In this document: positions 40,478 through 50,719 of the stretch, one piece after another
How positions within the stretch are numbered: the first letter of the stretch is position 1
Layout of the letters: each line of letters opens with the position of its first letter
DNA from: a virus
Lineage: Duplodnaviria > Caudoviricetes
IMG/VR virus record: IMGVR_UViG_3300042891_001512
Location: 32,001-96,000 of that record
Strand: one strand, 5' to 3'
Length of the DNA stretch: 64,000 nucleotides
The notes under the pieces: model-generated
What the model was told of the DNA's origin: nothing
The model's database searches: none
The model's input: the letters and a program-made list of their open reading frames with translations, nothing else
Translations under genes and position numbers: made by a program

Positions 40478-41179
40478 ATGGCAGCAGAATCATATAACCC
40501 AGTAAATAAATATCTTAACACTTATACTACATTTTCAGGTGCAGACATAGTTGCAACTTTTGGTGGAGTAGAGATTGGCGCACTTTCAGGAATTACATTT
40601 TCTGTAACAAGAGAAAAAGCACCTATTTACACAATGGGTTCACCAAACCCAAGATCTTTCTCAAGAGGAAAGCGTGGCATCGCTGGATCATTAATTTTTA
40701 CAGTTTTTGATCGCCCAGCACTTTACACAATGTTGGACAAGAATTATGAATCACAAGATTCAAAGCAAATGTTCTACACCAGAGCACATAACACACTCCC
40801 AGGTGATACTCAGTCAGTAGGTAGAGGTATAGCTGGTTTAGGAACTGCTGGTAATTTTAGCAAGGACGTTGTTAAAAAGGTTCCTTATTACGCTGACCAA
40901 ATTCCACCATTTGACATTACAGTAACTTTTGTTAATGAATATGGACAAGCAGCAGTTCGCTCAATCTACGGAGTTGAACTCTTGAACGAAGGTTCGGGAG
41001 CTTCGATGGACGATATCGTTATCGAAGAAACAATGACTTATGTAGCTAGAGAGCTCGGCCCTATGTACGCCATCAAGGTGGACAAAGAAGCTGATCAAAG
41101 TTCTCTTAAGCTTAATGACATTTTGAGCCAAGGCGCAGTAACGAACTCGGGACTTAATTCAAATATTATTCGTCCGTAA
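40478..41179 (+). CDS. Tail tube protein
   Basis: FSGADI...SVTREKAPIYTMG...RGKRGIAGSLIF...PPFDI...NEYG; follows the sheath gene; followed by a terminator. Confidence 0.7.
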   Translation: MAAESYNPVNKYLNTYTTFSGADIVATFGGVEIGALSGITFSVTREKAPIYTMGSPNPRSFSRGKRGIAGSLIFTVFDRPALYTMLDKNYESQDSKQMFYTRAHNTLPGDTQSVGRGIAGLGTAGNFSKDVVKKVPYYADQIPPFDITVTFVNEYGQAAVRSIYGVELLNEGSGASMDDIVIEETMTYVARELGPMYAIKVDKEADQSSLKLNDILSQGAVTNSGLNSNIIRP

Positions 41180-41203
41180 TTTTAAACAATTACAAGTTAT
41201 GAG

Positions 41204-41238
41204 TAATGCATGGGGTAACACCCATGCATTATTTATTT
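41204..41238 (+). terminator. Intrinsic terminator after the tube gene
   Basis: TAATGCATGGG-GTAACA-CCCATGCATTA hairpin then TTTATTT. Confidence 0.75.
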
Positions 41239-41258
41239 AAAAGACTGGTTAGGTAAAA

Positions 41259-41990
41259 ATGCAAGAAGTGAATCAAACTTCAAATATTTCTAGTTTTTCT
41301 GAAGTAAGACCAGAATACGACCCAGCAACTGATTTTAAATCAATACTTTCCAACATGTCATTTTCGGGAGCCGATACGGTTGCCACTATGATAATTCCTC
41401 AAATAGGTCCAGATGGTAGAATCACCAGTGCTGGTGACGTTATAGATATAGGTGAACTGCAAACAATATCCTATTCAATACACAGGGAAAATAGTCCAGT
41501 TAGAACGTTAGGTCATTCTAATGTTAGAGGCTTTATTAAGGGTGGCAGAACTATAGCTGGCTCACTAATATTCACAGTGTTTAACGAGTATGCTTTTTAT
41601 AGAATAAAGCAATACAAAGAATACCTTGCTAGAAGCAATGGTTTTTTCGCTCCATTAGCAGATATGCTTCCACCTTTTGATATTGTATTAACATTCTTTA
41701 ATGAGTATGGAAATGCAGCTAAGATGAAAATATTTGGCGTGACCATAGTAGATGAAGGCCAGACTATGTCTGTAGACGACCTTATCACAGAGCAAACGTA
41801 CACCTTCATGGCTAGGGGCATACAGCCGATGGTCAATATGTCATATGAAAAAGAAAAGTATGGTAATATGACTGATGCGCAAACAAATAATATTTTGAAT
41901 ATTAATAGAAATATTTTTGGGGATACAGTCAACGGTGAGACCGTAACCGCCATGTATTCTAATTTAATAACAGATGAAGTAATTTCTTAA
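41259..41990 (+). CDS. Tail-tube paralogue (tube initiator-like)
   Basis: Shares FSGAD, IAGSLIFTVF and PPFDI..F.NEYG with 40478. Confidence 0.65.
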   Translation: MQEVNQTSNISSFSEVRPEYDPATDFKSILSNMSFSGADTVATMIIPQIGPDGRITSAGDVIDIGELQTISYSIHRENSPVRTLGHSNVRGFIKGGRTIAGSLIFTVFNEYAFYRIKQYKEYLARSNGFFAPLADMLPPFDIVLTFFNEYGNAAKMKIFGVTIVDEGQTMSVDDLITEQTYTFMARGIQPMVNMSYEKEKYGNMTDAQTNNILNINRNIFGDTVNGETVTAMYSNLITDEVIS

Positions 41991-41999
41991 GGAAAAAAA

Positions 42000-42929
42000 G
42001 TGTCAAATAGTTATTATCAAGAAAATTTTAATCCTTTATCCAATTTAGATTCAGTTTGGTCTGGTGGATCAACTGGAGATAATAAAGACAAAAGATTTAG
42101 TAATTATTATGATTACTACTTTGGTGGGGAAGACATCAAGGTGTATGTTGATGGACTTTTTGAACCAGAAAACGAATTAGATATATCATCTTTCAGTTAT
42201 TCGATTAAACAGGAAAAGCAACCGCTATATGGTTTCTGGTCTTATAATTACGATACAGTTTTATATGGCACAAGAATCGTTAGCGGTGAATTTACAATAT
42301 ACACTCGTTATCCTAGAAGGATGACGGACCTGATAGAGCAAGCAGCTTCGGCAAGAGTTAAAAATCCTACACCGCAAGAGAGTATGGGTGGAGTTGTTTC
42401 TTCTTTAAGGTCAAAATTAGAGTCAGCTGATGACCAAAAAAACATAGAAAAATATTGGGCCTATAGTCAGCTTGACAGAATAACAGCAGATCCTTTGTCA
42501 AAAATCGCTAAAGATTCTGGTCATAATATTTTTAGTGCTCATCCACCGTTTAATTTTGTCATTCTCTATGGTGCTCAAGAAGCCTCTATGAGTCCGCTTG
42601 ATTATAGCGGCACCACAGGGGGAGTTATAACAGACAATCTAGATAGAATGATTGTGTCAGATATAAATGAAAGATTAATAAGAACTGACAACAATGCTAA
42701 CCCAATGAAAATAGTTCTGCAAGAAGTACAGCTTCTTGGTATGGCGACTTCTTACGGCACAGGTGGACAACCAGTTGCTGAGAGCTATCAGTTCATAGCC
42801 AGAGATCTTTATTTTAGTGAAGTAAATCTTGGTTTTATCAAGTCTGGAACTACTCAAAATACTTCCGATACTAATCAAGGAAGAAATGGACAATCCGCAA
42901 CGGATCAGTCTTCAAATAATTTAAATTAA
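42000..42929 (+). CDS. Tail-tube-fold paralogue (baseplate-proximal)
   Basis: YFGGEDI, QEKQPLYG, GTRIVSG, PPFNF, YQFIARD. Confidence 0.55.
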   Translation: MSNSYYQENFNPLSNLDSVWSGGSTGDNKDKRFSNYYDYYFGGEDIKVYVDGLFEPENELDISSFSYSIKQEKQPLYGFWSYNYDTVLYGTRIVSGEFTIYTRYPRRMTDLIEQAASARVKNPTPQESMGGVVSSLRSKLESADDQKNIEKYWAYSQLDRITADPLSKIAKDSGHNIFSAHPPFNFVILYGAQEASMSPLDYSGTTGGVITDNLDRMIVSDINERLIRTDNNANPMKIVLQEVQLLGMATSYGTGGQPVAESYQFIARDLYFSEVNLGFIKSGTTQNTSDTNQGRNGQSATDQSSNNLN

Positions 42930-42999
42930 ATATATTGAATATATTGCATATATAATGTATAATGATAAGTGAACTAGTGTTTTAATACAAGGAGATATT

Positions 43000-43503
43000 A
43001 TGGCTACGCAGAGAAAAGTTTCCATTTCCACAAACCCTGAAATGGCAAAAGAAGTCAACGTTGATGAAGTTATAGAGATAACCGCAGAGCCTGTTGAAGT
43101 GGCACAGGTTGACGATGAATCAAAATCTGTCGAAGATTTAGATGACGAACAGGAGATATGGGAAGGTGGGCCAACCGCCGGGATCATCAAGCATTGGAAA
43201 GAAGTGTATGGAGATATTTATGTAACTTCTTTATCTTTTGATAAGCACATTGTTTGGAGAGTTCTATCTAGATTAGAATACAAGAATCTTGTTAAGAAGA
43301 TGGAGCAATTAGTTCAAGCCGGCCAACTATCTTCTGCAGAAGCTAACATGTGGAATGAAGAAGCCATATCAGAACTCTGCATGCTGTATCCTGAGTACGA
43401 TAAAAATAATACTGGTGGTATTATGGCTGGAGTTCCATCTTTGATTTCGCAAGAAGTTTTAGAGGCATCGGGATTCGTCGCCTTAGAGGTAAGACAATTA
43501 TAA
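43000..43503 (+). CDS. Tail assembly chaperone-like protein
   Basis: WK..YG.IY...WRVLSR.EY...AGVPSLISQ.V...SGF; position before the giant tail genes. Confidence 0.55.
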   Translation: MATQRKVSISTNPEMAKEVNVDEVIEITAEPVEVAQVDDESKSVEDLDDEQEIWEGGPTAGIIKHWKEVYGDIYVTSLSFDKHIVWRVLSRLEYKNLVKKMEQLVQAGQLSSAEANMWNEEAISELCMLYPEYDKNNTGGIMAGVPSLISQEVLEASGFVALEVRQL

Positions 43504-43510
43504 TTTAATT

Positions 43511-44137
43511 ATGGATCCAGAAAAACTCTATGAGTTAAAAAAAAGATATGGTTCTATCTTTAGCACTTTAGTTAAAAAACAAGAAGTGTTTTTCAGAGAA
43601 TTAACATTTGAAGAATACGACAAAATCATAGAGTATAAAAACTCGGATGCCCACTCTTCCGTAGATATAGAAGATATCATCATCGGTGCCGCGGTCATTT
43701 ATCCTGAAGATTTTAATATTAATTCTTTGCCTCCTGGCTTAATATCTTCCTTGTCGCAGCAGATAGTTGACGTATCTGGTTTCTATTCCGCCAAAATAGC
43801 CAAAAAAATACTAGAGGATAAAAGAGAGAAAGCTAACGAAGTTAGAAGTTTAATGAAAGCTTTTGTTCTCGCTACTATACATACGTACAACCCTAAAGAT
43901 TTAGATGGGATGACCTTTTCTCAGTTAGCAGAAAACGTTGCACTATCTGAAAAAATTATTGAAATACAACAAAGCATAAATGGCGTTGAGCCAACAAATA
44001 TCAATCTTCAACTAATTGATCCAGAAGAAGAAATAGAGAAGAAAAAAACCAGTGAAGCTAGACATAATCTTTCTAAGAAAGAAGGAGAAGCTAGTTATTC
44101 AGACCCTATTGCTCAAAAATTATGGGGATTAAAGTAA
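43511..44137 (+). CDS. Second tail assembly chaperone-like protein (paralogue of 43000)
   Basis: K.RYG.I...FRELT..EY...PGLISSLSQ.I...SGF. Confidence 0.5.
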   Translation: MDPEKLYELKKRYGSIFSTLVKKQEVFFRELTFEEYDKIIEYKNSDAHSSVDIEDIIIGAAVIYPEDFNINSLPPGLISSLSQQIVDVSGFYSAKIAKKILEDKREKANEVRSLMKAFVLATIHTYNPKDLDGMTFSQLAENVALSEKIIEIQQSINGVEPTNINLQLIDPEEEIEKKKTSEARHNLSKKEGEASYSDPIAQKLWGLK

Positions 44138-44149
44138 CAGGAGAAAGTC

Positions 44150-47100
44150 TTGATTAGAGATCGTGGTCCATTACATAACTTGGGTAATGGTGTAACGTCT
44201 CGTGACATACCTCTCAATGAGGGTGAAACAGAAGGCATTTCCCAAGATAGCGGTGCGGTTTCAAAAGCCTTAGGTGGCCATCCTGTTATGCGCTTCTTTG
44301 CGCACGCAGGAACAACGATGCTTGTTGCTGGCGTTGGTTCAGCAATGCTCAGGAAGGGTGGCCTTAAGTTAGCCCAAAAAATACAAGAGTCTGGTCAAAC
44401 GTCTTTAATTAAAGACATGATAGATGTTAGAAGACATCTTGATAATTTACAGGGTGTTAAAAGGGCAATCGATGGCGTAAACGATCCATATGAAAAATTA
44501 GTCTTTCAAGCTGGTGATGAATTAACAACTGGTTACCTTGGGTCTAGACACGGAGCTTTTGAAAATTTTGGTTATTCATTTTCAAAGAATGAATTAGATC
44601 AAGCTGGTAGAGGGTTAACTTCAGAGCCAGCTGCAATTTGGGGTCTGAAAGAAGACCTCCAACAAAGGATGATTAGAGTCGGCAGAAGAATGCCGTACGA
44701 ACTTCCAGCCCTATGGGGCGCACAAAGAATGGTCACAGATCCACTCTTTGGAAAAGACGATAACAGAAAAAAAATAAACTGGTACAATCCTGTTGATGTT
44801 GTAAGCGACTTTGTAAAAACATCAATGACAACAATGGCAACAATGATCTTGCCATTCGAAGGTGGTGGAGCAGCTCTTAATGCATCTAAGAGCTCGATGA
44901 ATACTTTCAAATATTCTATGGCCAGCATATCGGATTTAAGTCCGATAAAAGAAAAGGCAGCAAAAGGGTTTGTAAACTTAACTGAAGTTCTTGGAGAAGT
45001 CGGCCATGATATGGCCACCGCTGGGAATGCATTCTTAAAAAAGTCAGCTCAATCCTCAGGGGCATTTAACGCTGCTACAACAGCTATGGGAGCCAACGAG
45101 CAACCTAGATTCGTAGATGCCCTGCACAAGGCTAGGAAGGGCGCCAGAGCCGCCTACGAGGCCTCTAGAGGGGCTAGAGACCCGGGGATGAAGAGAGCTA
45201 CCAATTATGCTAAAGCCCTCGCATTTGGCGTTAAAACCTCTGAGGGAGATATTGCTCCTGGAATAATAGATACCATACCAGCGTTTAGGGGTTTAAACGC
45301 AGGAATAAGGGCAGGGACACAACAGTTTAGGGTCTATGGAAAGGCTTACGACGCCTTACAAAATTCGATAGAGCATTCAAGAGCGTTATCTTCTTCTAGT
45401 CCAAGGTCGGCAGATGTAGTTACTGCGATGCAAAAGATACAGGCACAGTATTCTAGCAGGCTATCTAAAATGGCCAATCAGATATCAATCTGGGGTGCAG
45501 GTGGTCCTGGGGATTCAAGTTTTACTAGGTCTGAATTTTATCTGGGTCAACAACAAACTGAATACAAAAAACTTTTAAGCCAAAGACTTTCGTCTAAAGG
45601 TTTAGACCCAAAAGAAACTGATAATTTTGTTAATCAACTTAAAGTTATAAGTCCAGGAGCCAAAACACATCCGACCAATATGATTTCAATTGGAAAGATG
45701 AAAATCCATGCAGATGAAGAGAGCTACTTTGACATACTGCTTGAGAGACTTAAGGGCGTTAAAGGTGGAAAAGATTATGAAACAGCTTTAGCAAATGTTG
45801 CAGGGGCAGGAAAAACATCAGATCAATTCTTAAAAGAAGTTATAGAAGAAACTAATACATATTTTACTAGCAAAGAATTCCAGCATGGTGTAAAACTAAA
45901 AATTAAAAACCAATGGACTTCAATGTCCAGAAACGATTTAGTTGACCGCGCTTCTTCTATTCTAAAACCAGAAAAAGCTGTGTATCAAGATTTTGTTGGT
46001 CCGTTAAACAGCGCAAAAAAACAATTCCTACAAAGAAAAACAGCTCAAGTATTAGGGATACCATTAAAAGATTTAGAAGGAAGGATGGTATCCGAAGATA
46101 TAGTCAGAAGTGGTTTGGCTAATAGGGGATTTGATCCAAACGATTTTACAAATTTAAAATCTTTTTTAATTAGAAACAAAAAAATAACGTCAGGAATATT
46201 TGAAGGAAACTTTAATCTCTTTGGCATGAAGCCGCTTTTGATAAGCGAAGCGGTAGACAAGGGCAAGTTTGCACACCTGCCTGATAGAGAACAATCTATA
46301 ATAAAAAATCTAGCTGGAAGAATGGCTATAGATGACCCAGTATCTAAGTCTATAGGTTTCAATAAACTAGAAGGAGTTTATCAAACAAGGTCTGGACAAA
46401 CGTTAGATTTTAGCTCAATCAAAACAACATTTAAAAACGTTGCGAATTTCTTCGCCTCAGACCTACACATACCTATCATTAAACTTAACCCAGCAGATTT
46501 GTTTGGTCGCAGGTCATTTGCCGAAATGGCACAAAAAGGACCTCTACAGTATTCACCTGGATCAACAGTTCAACCATTTGGCGATCTTCCTGGTAGCAGA
46601 GCAGACTTTCACATCTGGCATGCTACCAAGGGAACTAAAGGTAAAATAACTTCTTATTCAACAAATGAATTTTCTGGAGAAACTTTTGGAGAAACCCTAA
46701 GGGGAACTTACCGACCATTGCCAACTAGAAGTACTGAAATGCTCACCAAGCATGCACGCTTTGCTGCTGGCATGCCTGGGACACCCGCTTATGATATAGA
46801 TGGACAATCTGGTTCAAAGTTTTTAGATTTTGTCTTAGGTAATTCTGAAAGGTCAAGACGATTTAAAAATGCAATGGACATTGATGCTGATCAACCAAAC
46901 TCATTGTTTGGCTTGCTCTCAAGATTCCGCAATAGATCTCAAGATATAAATAACCCTCAAGTTATGTCTCGCCTTTTAAGAGGCGAAGAAGTAATAATGA
47001 AAGAGGGTGGAACTAGAAAAGCATTTAAATTAGATAGAACTGGCGACAGATATAATTTAATAGATTCAACTGGAAAAGTTAGCAGCACATATAGTGAATC

Positions 47101-50100
47101 TGAAATACTAAAAGGCGCTGATATATTCAGAAAAAGAACTTTTGGTTACGGCTACACAGATGATATAATGAAGGAGCTTGAGGAAGCAGCCCCTCAAACC
47201 TTTACAAGACCTGGTTTAGGTAGAGTATCAGAAGTCAGAACCGCTCAGCAAGCAAGAGATGTGGTTGCTCGACTAGAAGAAATGAAGCCGTTGCTCTCTG
47301 CGCAAGCTAGAGAAAGAGGAATTGATACAAGGTTCTTAGAAGAATCTTATTCAAGAATAAGAAACATAGTTAAAGATTCTGACTTAGCTGCCGCCTCATT
47401 GTCTTCAAGTAAATCATCAACAATCACAACTAGACTTGATGAATTAAAAAACGAAATATTTAGATATGTTTCGCAAACAAACGCAGTCCTGGGGCAGGGT
47501 GGATCTAGCACCGAGAGCATGTTCATTAGTATACAAAATGTATTAACAAACTTAAAAAAATCTATGCCAGCCTCAAAGTACGCAGAAGCACAAGCGGCAG
47601 CACTTTCAACGCTATTTAATATCAGTGCGTACAGAACTTTTAATCAATCTATTTCTTCTGAACAAAATGCAAGAAATGCAGTTGAAGCTTTATTAAGTCT
47701 CACCACATCTAGTTCTTCCGGCGGAGCAGCAGCTAGGTCATTGTTTGACCCATTTACGCGTGGAACAGAGTCTTTAATAGCTAGCAATCTAAGAAGGCCG
47801 TTCAATGCACTGTCACCTTTGGGCAGAAGAAAATTTGGAACAGCGGCATTTAAGCCAAGTGAATTTAGCATAGACCCATTGGGTTCTGGCCAATCTATTA
47901 CTTTTGTACCAACGTTTGGAACTGTTTTTGATAAAAATCCATTTGGAGCAATCAAAAGTGCATTAGGAGTTGGCACTTATAAAAATCCGCAAGATTATTC
48001 TGTAGCCGGGACTGCAGTTTCTCAAGGCGTTGAGCGTTTGAATAGATATTTCGGCACGCTAGGAATGCAACTAGATACATCTAGGTTTAATGGCCCTCTT
48101 GATTTGTATATGCGTGGTATGGTTGGCAAAAGAGTTCTTCCTATTTTTGCGGCTGGAACAACAGCGATGACAGTGGACAGGACAATAGGTGGGTATAGTC
48201 AGCCAAAAGATAAAGATGGAGAAAGAGTTTATTCACCGTTTTTCACAACTAAAGCAGCTCGTGGAGTAGTTGAAGCAAGGTCAATTCTTTCTGGTATTAC
48301 ACCTGGTGGTGATACTTATGAAGATAAAAAAGAACAACTAACAGAAGGACTTGTCCCTATAAGGCAGGGTCGTTTTTGGCCGCTTGGCAACACACCATTT
48401 GCTGGAGGAAAAGTTCAGTATTACAGACCGTCCTGGTATAGGAAATTGCAAGGTGGAGCAATGTTTACTTCGGACACTTATGGAAGTCCGATGGAAAAAT
48501 TCTTGTACTACAATGATATTTCTCCACTAAGACCGATAGACCCTTATAGGTTTGAAAGAAAACACTTTGAGGATAGACCATATCCTGTAACTGGAGAATA
48601 TTTTTCTGGTCCGTTTGGTCCGGCTGTACCACTATTAAATGCGACTCTTGGAAGAATTCTAAAACCACAAGTATTAATGCATGAACAGGAATTAACACAA
48701 GGTTTGCAAAACTATGTTCAAGCAGGTCAAGCAGGCGCCTATAATGCAACACCGTATTTAACTTCTCCTGGTAGTGGAATTGGTGGTCGTGGCGGCGGCA
48801 GTGGTGGAACCGGAGCTGGGCCTGGAATGATATCAGCTTCTAATGCAAGCTATGGATCAGCTGGTGGCACTCCGTTATACACAGCTGGAAGATTAACAAA
48901 AGGAACAATAGCTGGGTTGAACGAACCATTAATGCAAATGGCATACGGTCCGACAAAACAACGCGGGGTAATGCCAGCACAAATAGTTCCTACTGGATCA
49001 CCTTTGTCACCCGGTGCATTGCAAATGCAAATGGGTAATCTAGGATACACAACTCAAGAAATGGCTGGTATTTACGGTTTCGGTTTTTCTTCTCTTAGAG
49101 AAAAATTTGGCTTTGGTCAAGGCGACTACCAACCAGATAGGGCAACTTTGCAGTCTGCCTCAAAAGCATATGGAGTAACAAGAGCATTTTGGGATCTCAA
49201 TCTTGGTGGTGCTGGCGACCTTCCTCTTCCAGCACAAGGTGCCTTGGGTAACTTAGAATTTTCGGAAATAGTAAGAAGATTTATTCCTAAAGAAAGATCA
49301 GGAGTAGATTATCTAAATCCAATAAAAAACACTATGGGAGAGCAATACCCGTTCTTGCCAGGCGCAGAATATTTTACCGACTTCACAAGAGGTGACCCTT
49401 TTACGCGAATTGCAGAAGGTGAACTAAGGTTGCCTGGCAAAGGTTATGAAAGATTTAATACATTAAATTCTGATGAAACAGGTAGATATGGTTTGGTTGA
49501 TCAGCTAAGTATATTGGCTGATGTTGCCCCGTACTCAAATCAATTCAAGCAATTAAATGCTTCTATAGATTCAAAAAATCTTTCTCCGGATCAAAGGATA
49601 AAAGTTCAAGAGATAAGAAATAGAGTAGAGCAAACAACTAAAAAATATAATTTTAGTAGATATGAATACAAAGACAAAACAGCTTCTGAATTAGGTATAT
49701 CAGATAGAAGATATAAATTTGAAAGAACAAAAGAATATTTAGCGCATAGAGACACAATTTTTAATACTAAATTTTGGCAAGATAGGACAGCTCAAGAAGA
49801 TTGGGAAAGAAGAAATGTTTATGGTTCTACTTTTCCTGAATGGCAGAGGCCTTTCGAAAGCTTTATTAAACCAATGGCATACAAAGCTACACAGAGAGAC
49901 CCACTAACTGCTTCTGCAACTTTGCTGGCTGTTGGCACAGCCTTTGGTAGGACTGCTAGAGGAAGAGCTTTTGGTGGTTTTGTTGGGGCAGCAACTGGCT
50001 TGTTTGCGTCTACATATGACAATGCTAGAGAGGCAATAACTGGAGAAAGATTTATTCCTAAGGTAAGAAAAAAAGAATTAGCGCTTGAAGAATATACTGA

Positions 50101-50719
50101 CATGTTAAACTATGTTAAATATTCTAGGTTGGCTTCTATGGCGCAACAATCTGGTAGTGGGTTTGAAGCAAATCAATATAGACAAGCCGCAAAAAGAACT
50201 ATGTATGGAGCTGATATATATGGTGCTCCAGTAGAAACTCTTTCTTTGGCAATACCAAAAAGAAAAAGAGAACACTTCGCAGAGATGATTAATGCTCCAG
50301 AATCTGAACGCAAAGCTATATTGTCTACTTCTGGCAGATTAGAAAGAAGAATGTATCAAGCAGCATGGGGGATGCCAGTCGAAGATAAGCCTGATTTGGC
50401 AGAGTACTTTAGTAGGCACGAATTGCCAGATTTGAATTGGGAAGGTTGGCATCCGAATACTAATCTAGACCATGTAAAAGTTAAGATAGGTCAAAACATG
50501 GGTCTGGAAATGTCGCAGATGGGTTACTATCCACAACAGATAAAAGAAGCAAATTTAGCAAATCCAGCTTTCCCTCAATTTAATAGGCAAGAAAACAAAG
50601 ATGATATACTTGGAAAGTTAAGAAGACTTCTTAGTGGCTCCGGTGTATCTGGGACAATTACTCCAGTAGCAAATACTTTTGGATCAAGCAGTATTGATAT
50701 TTCAGCAGGTGTTAGGTAA
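44150..50719 (+). CDS. Very large tail-associated protein (tape-measure-position)
   Basis: 2189 aa; AGGAG RBS with TTG start; follows the chaperone pair; Gly/Ala-rich hydrophobic stretches. Confidence 0.5.
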   Translation: MIRDRGPLHNLGNGVTSRDIPLNEGETEGISQDSGAVSKALGGHPVMRFFAHAGTTMLVAGVGSAMLRKGGLKLAQKIQESGQTSLIKDMIDVRRHLDNLQGVKRAIDGVNDPYEKLVFQAGDELTTGYLGSRHGAFENFGYSFSKNELDQAGRGLTSEPAAIWGLKEDLQQRMIRVGRRMPYELPALWGAQRMVTDPLFGKDDNRKKINWYNPVDVVSDFVKTSMTTMATMILPFEGGGAALNASKSSMNTFKYSMASISDLSPIKEKAAKGFVNLTEVLGEVGHDMATAGNAFLKKSAQSSGAFNAATTAMGANEQPRFVDALHKARKGARAAYEASRGARDPGMKRATNYAKALAFGVKTSEGDIAPGIIDTIPAFRGLNAGIRAGTQQFRVYGKAYDALQNSIEHSRALSSSSPRSADVVTAMQKIQAQYSSRLSKMANQISIWGAGGPGDSSFTRSEFYLGQQQTEYKKLLSQRLSSKGLDPKETDNFVNQLKVISPGAKTHPTNMISIGKMKIHADEESYFDILLERLKGVKGGKDYETALANVAGAGKTSDQFLKEVIEETNTYFTSKEFQHGVKLKIKNQWTSMSRNDLVDRASSILKPEKAVYQDFVGPLNSAKKQFLQRKTAQVLGIPLKDLEGRMVSEDIVRSGLANRGFDPNDFTNLKSFLIRNKKITSGIFEGNFNLFGMKPLLISEAVDKGKFAHLPDREQSIIKNLAGRMAIDDPVSKSIGFNKLEGVYQTRSGQTLDFSSIKTTFKNVANFFASDLHIPIIKLNPADLFGRRSFAEMAQKGPLQYSPGSTVQPFGDLPGSRADFHIWHATKGTKGKITSYSTNEFSGETFGETLRGTYRPLPTRSTEMLTKHARFAAGMPGTPAYDIDGQSGSKFLDFVLGNSERSRRFKNAMDIDADQPNSLFGLLSRFRNRSQDINNPQVMSRLLRGEEVIMKEGGTRKAFKLDRTGDRYNLIDSTGKVSSTYSESEILKGADIFRKRTFGYGYTDDIMKELEEAAPQTFTRPGLGRVSEVRTAQQARDVVARLEEMKPLLSAQARERGIDTRFLEESYSRIRNIVKDSDLAAASLSSSKSSTITTRLDELKNEIFRYVSQTNAVLGQGGSSTESMFISIQNVLTNLKKSMPASKYAEAQAAALSTLFNISAYRTFNQSISSEQNARNAVEALLSLTTSSSSGGAAARSLFDPFTRGTESLIASNLRRPFNALSPLGRRKFGTAAFKPSEFSIDPLGSGQSITFVPTFGTVFDKNPFGAIKSALGVGTYKNPQDYSVAGTAVSQGVERLNRYFGTLGMQLDTSRFNGPLDLYMRGMVGKRVLPIFAAGTTAMTVDRTIGGYSQPKDKDGERVYSPFFTTKAARGVVEARSILSGITPGGDTYEDKKEQLTEGLVPIRQGRFWPLGNTPFAGGKVQYYRPSWYRKLQGGAMFTSDTYGSPMEKFLYYNDISPLRPIDPYRFERKHFEDRPYPVTGEYFSGPFGPAVPLLNATLGRILKPQVLMHEQELTQGLQNYVQAGQAGAYNATPYLTSPGSGIGGRGGGSGGTGAGPGMISASNASYGSAGGTPLYTAGRLTKGTIAGLNEPLMQMAYGPTKQRGVMPAQIVPTGSPLSPGALQMQMGNLGYTTQEMAGIYGFGFSSLREKFGFGQGDYQPDRATLQSASKAYGVTRAFWDLNLGGAGDLPLPAQGALGNLEFSEIVRRFIPKERSGVDYLNPIKNTMGEQYPFLPGAEYFTDFTRGDPFTRIAEGELRLPGKGYERFNTLNSDETGRYGLVDQLSILADVAPYSNQFKQLNASIDSKNLSPDQRIKVQEIRNRVEQTTKKYNFSRYEYKDKTASELGISDRRYKFERTKEYLAHRDTIFNTKFWQDRTAQEDWERRNVYGSTFPEWQRPFESFIKPMAYKATQRDPLTASATLLAVGTAFGRTARGRAFGGFVGAATGLFASTYDNAREAITGERFIPKVRKKELALEEYTDMLNYVKYSRLASMAQQSGSGFEANQYRQAAKRTMYGADIYGAPVETLSLAIPKRKREHFAEMINAPESERKAILSTSGRLERRMYQAAWGMPVEDKPDLAEYFSRHELPDLNWEGWHPNTNLDHVKVKIGQNMGLEMSQMGYYPQQIKEANLANPAFPQFNRQENKDDILGKLRRLLSGSGVSGTITPVANTFGSSSIDISAGVR

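Noticed and set aside
43480-43520. Lambda G/GT-type programmed -1 frameshift between the tail chaperones
   Set aside because: No X XXY YYZ slippery heptamer before the stop; the second gene has its own ATG and looks like a full paralogue.
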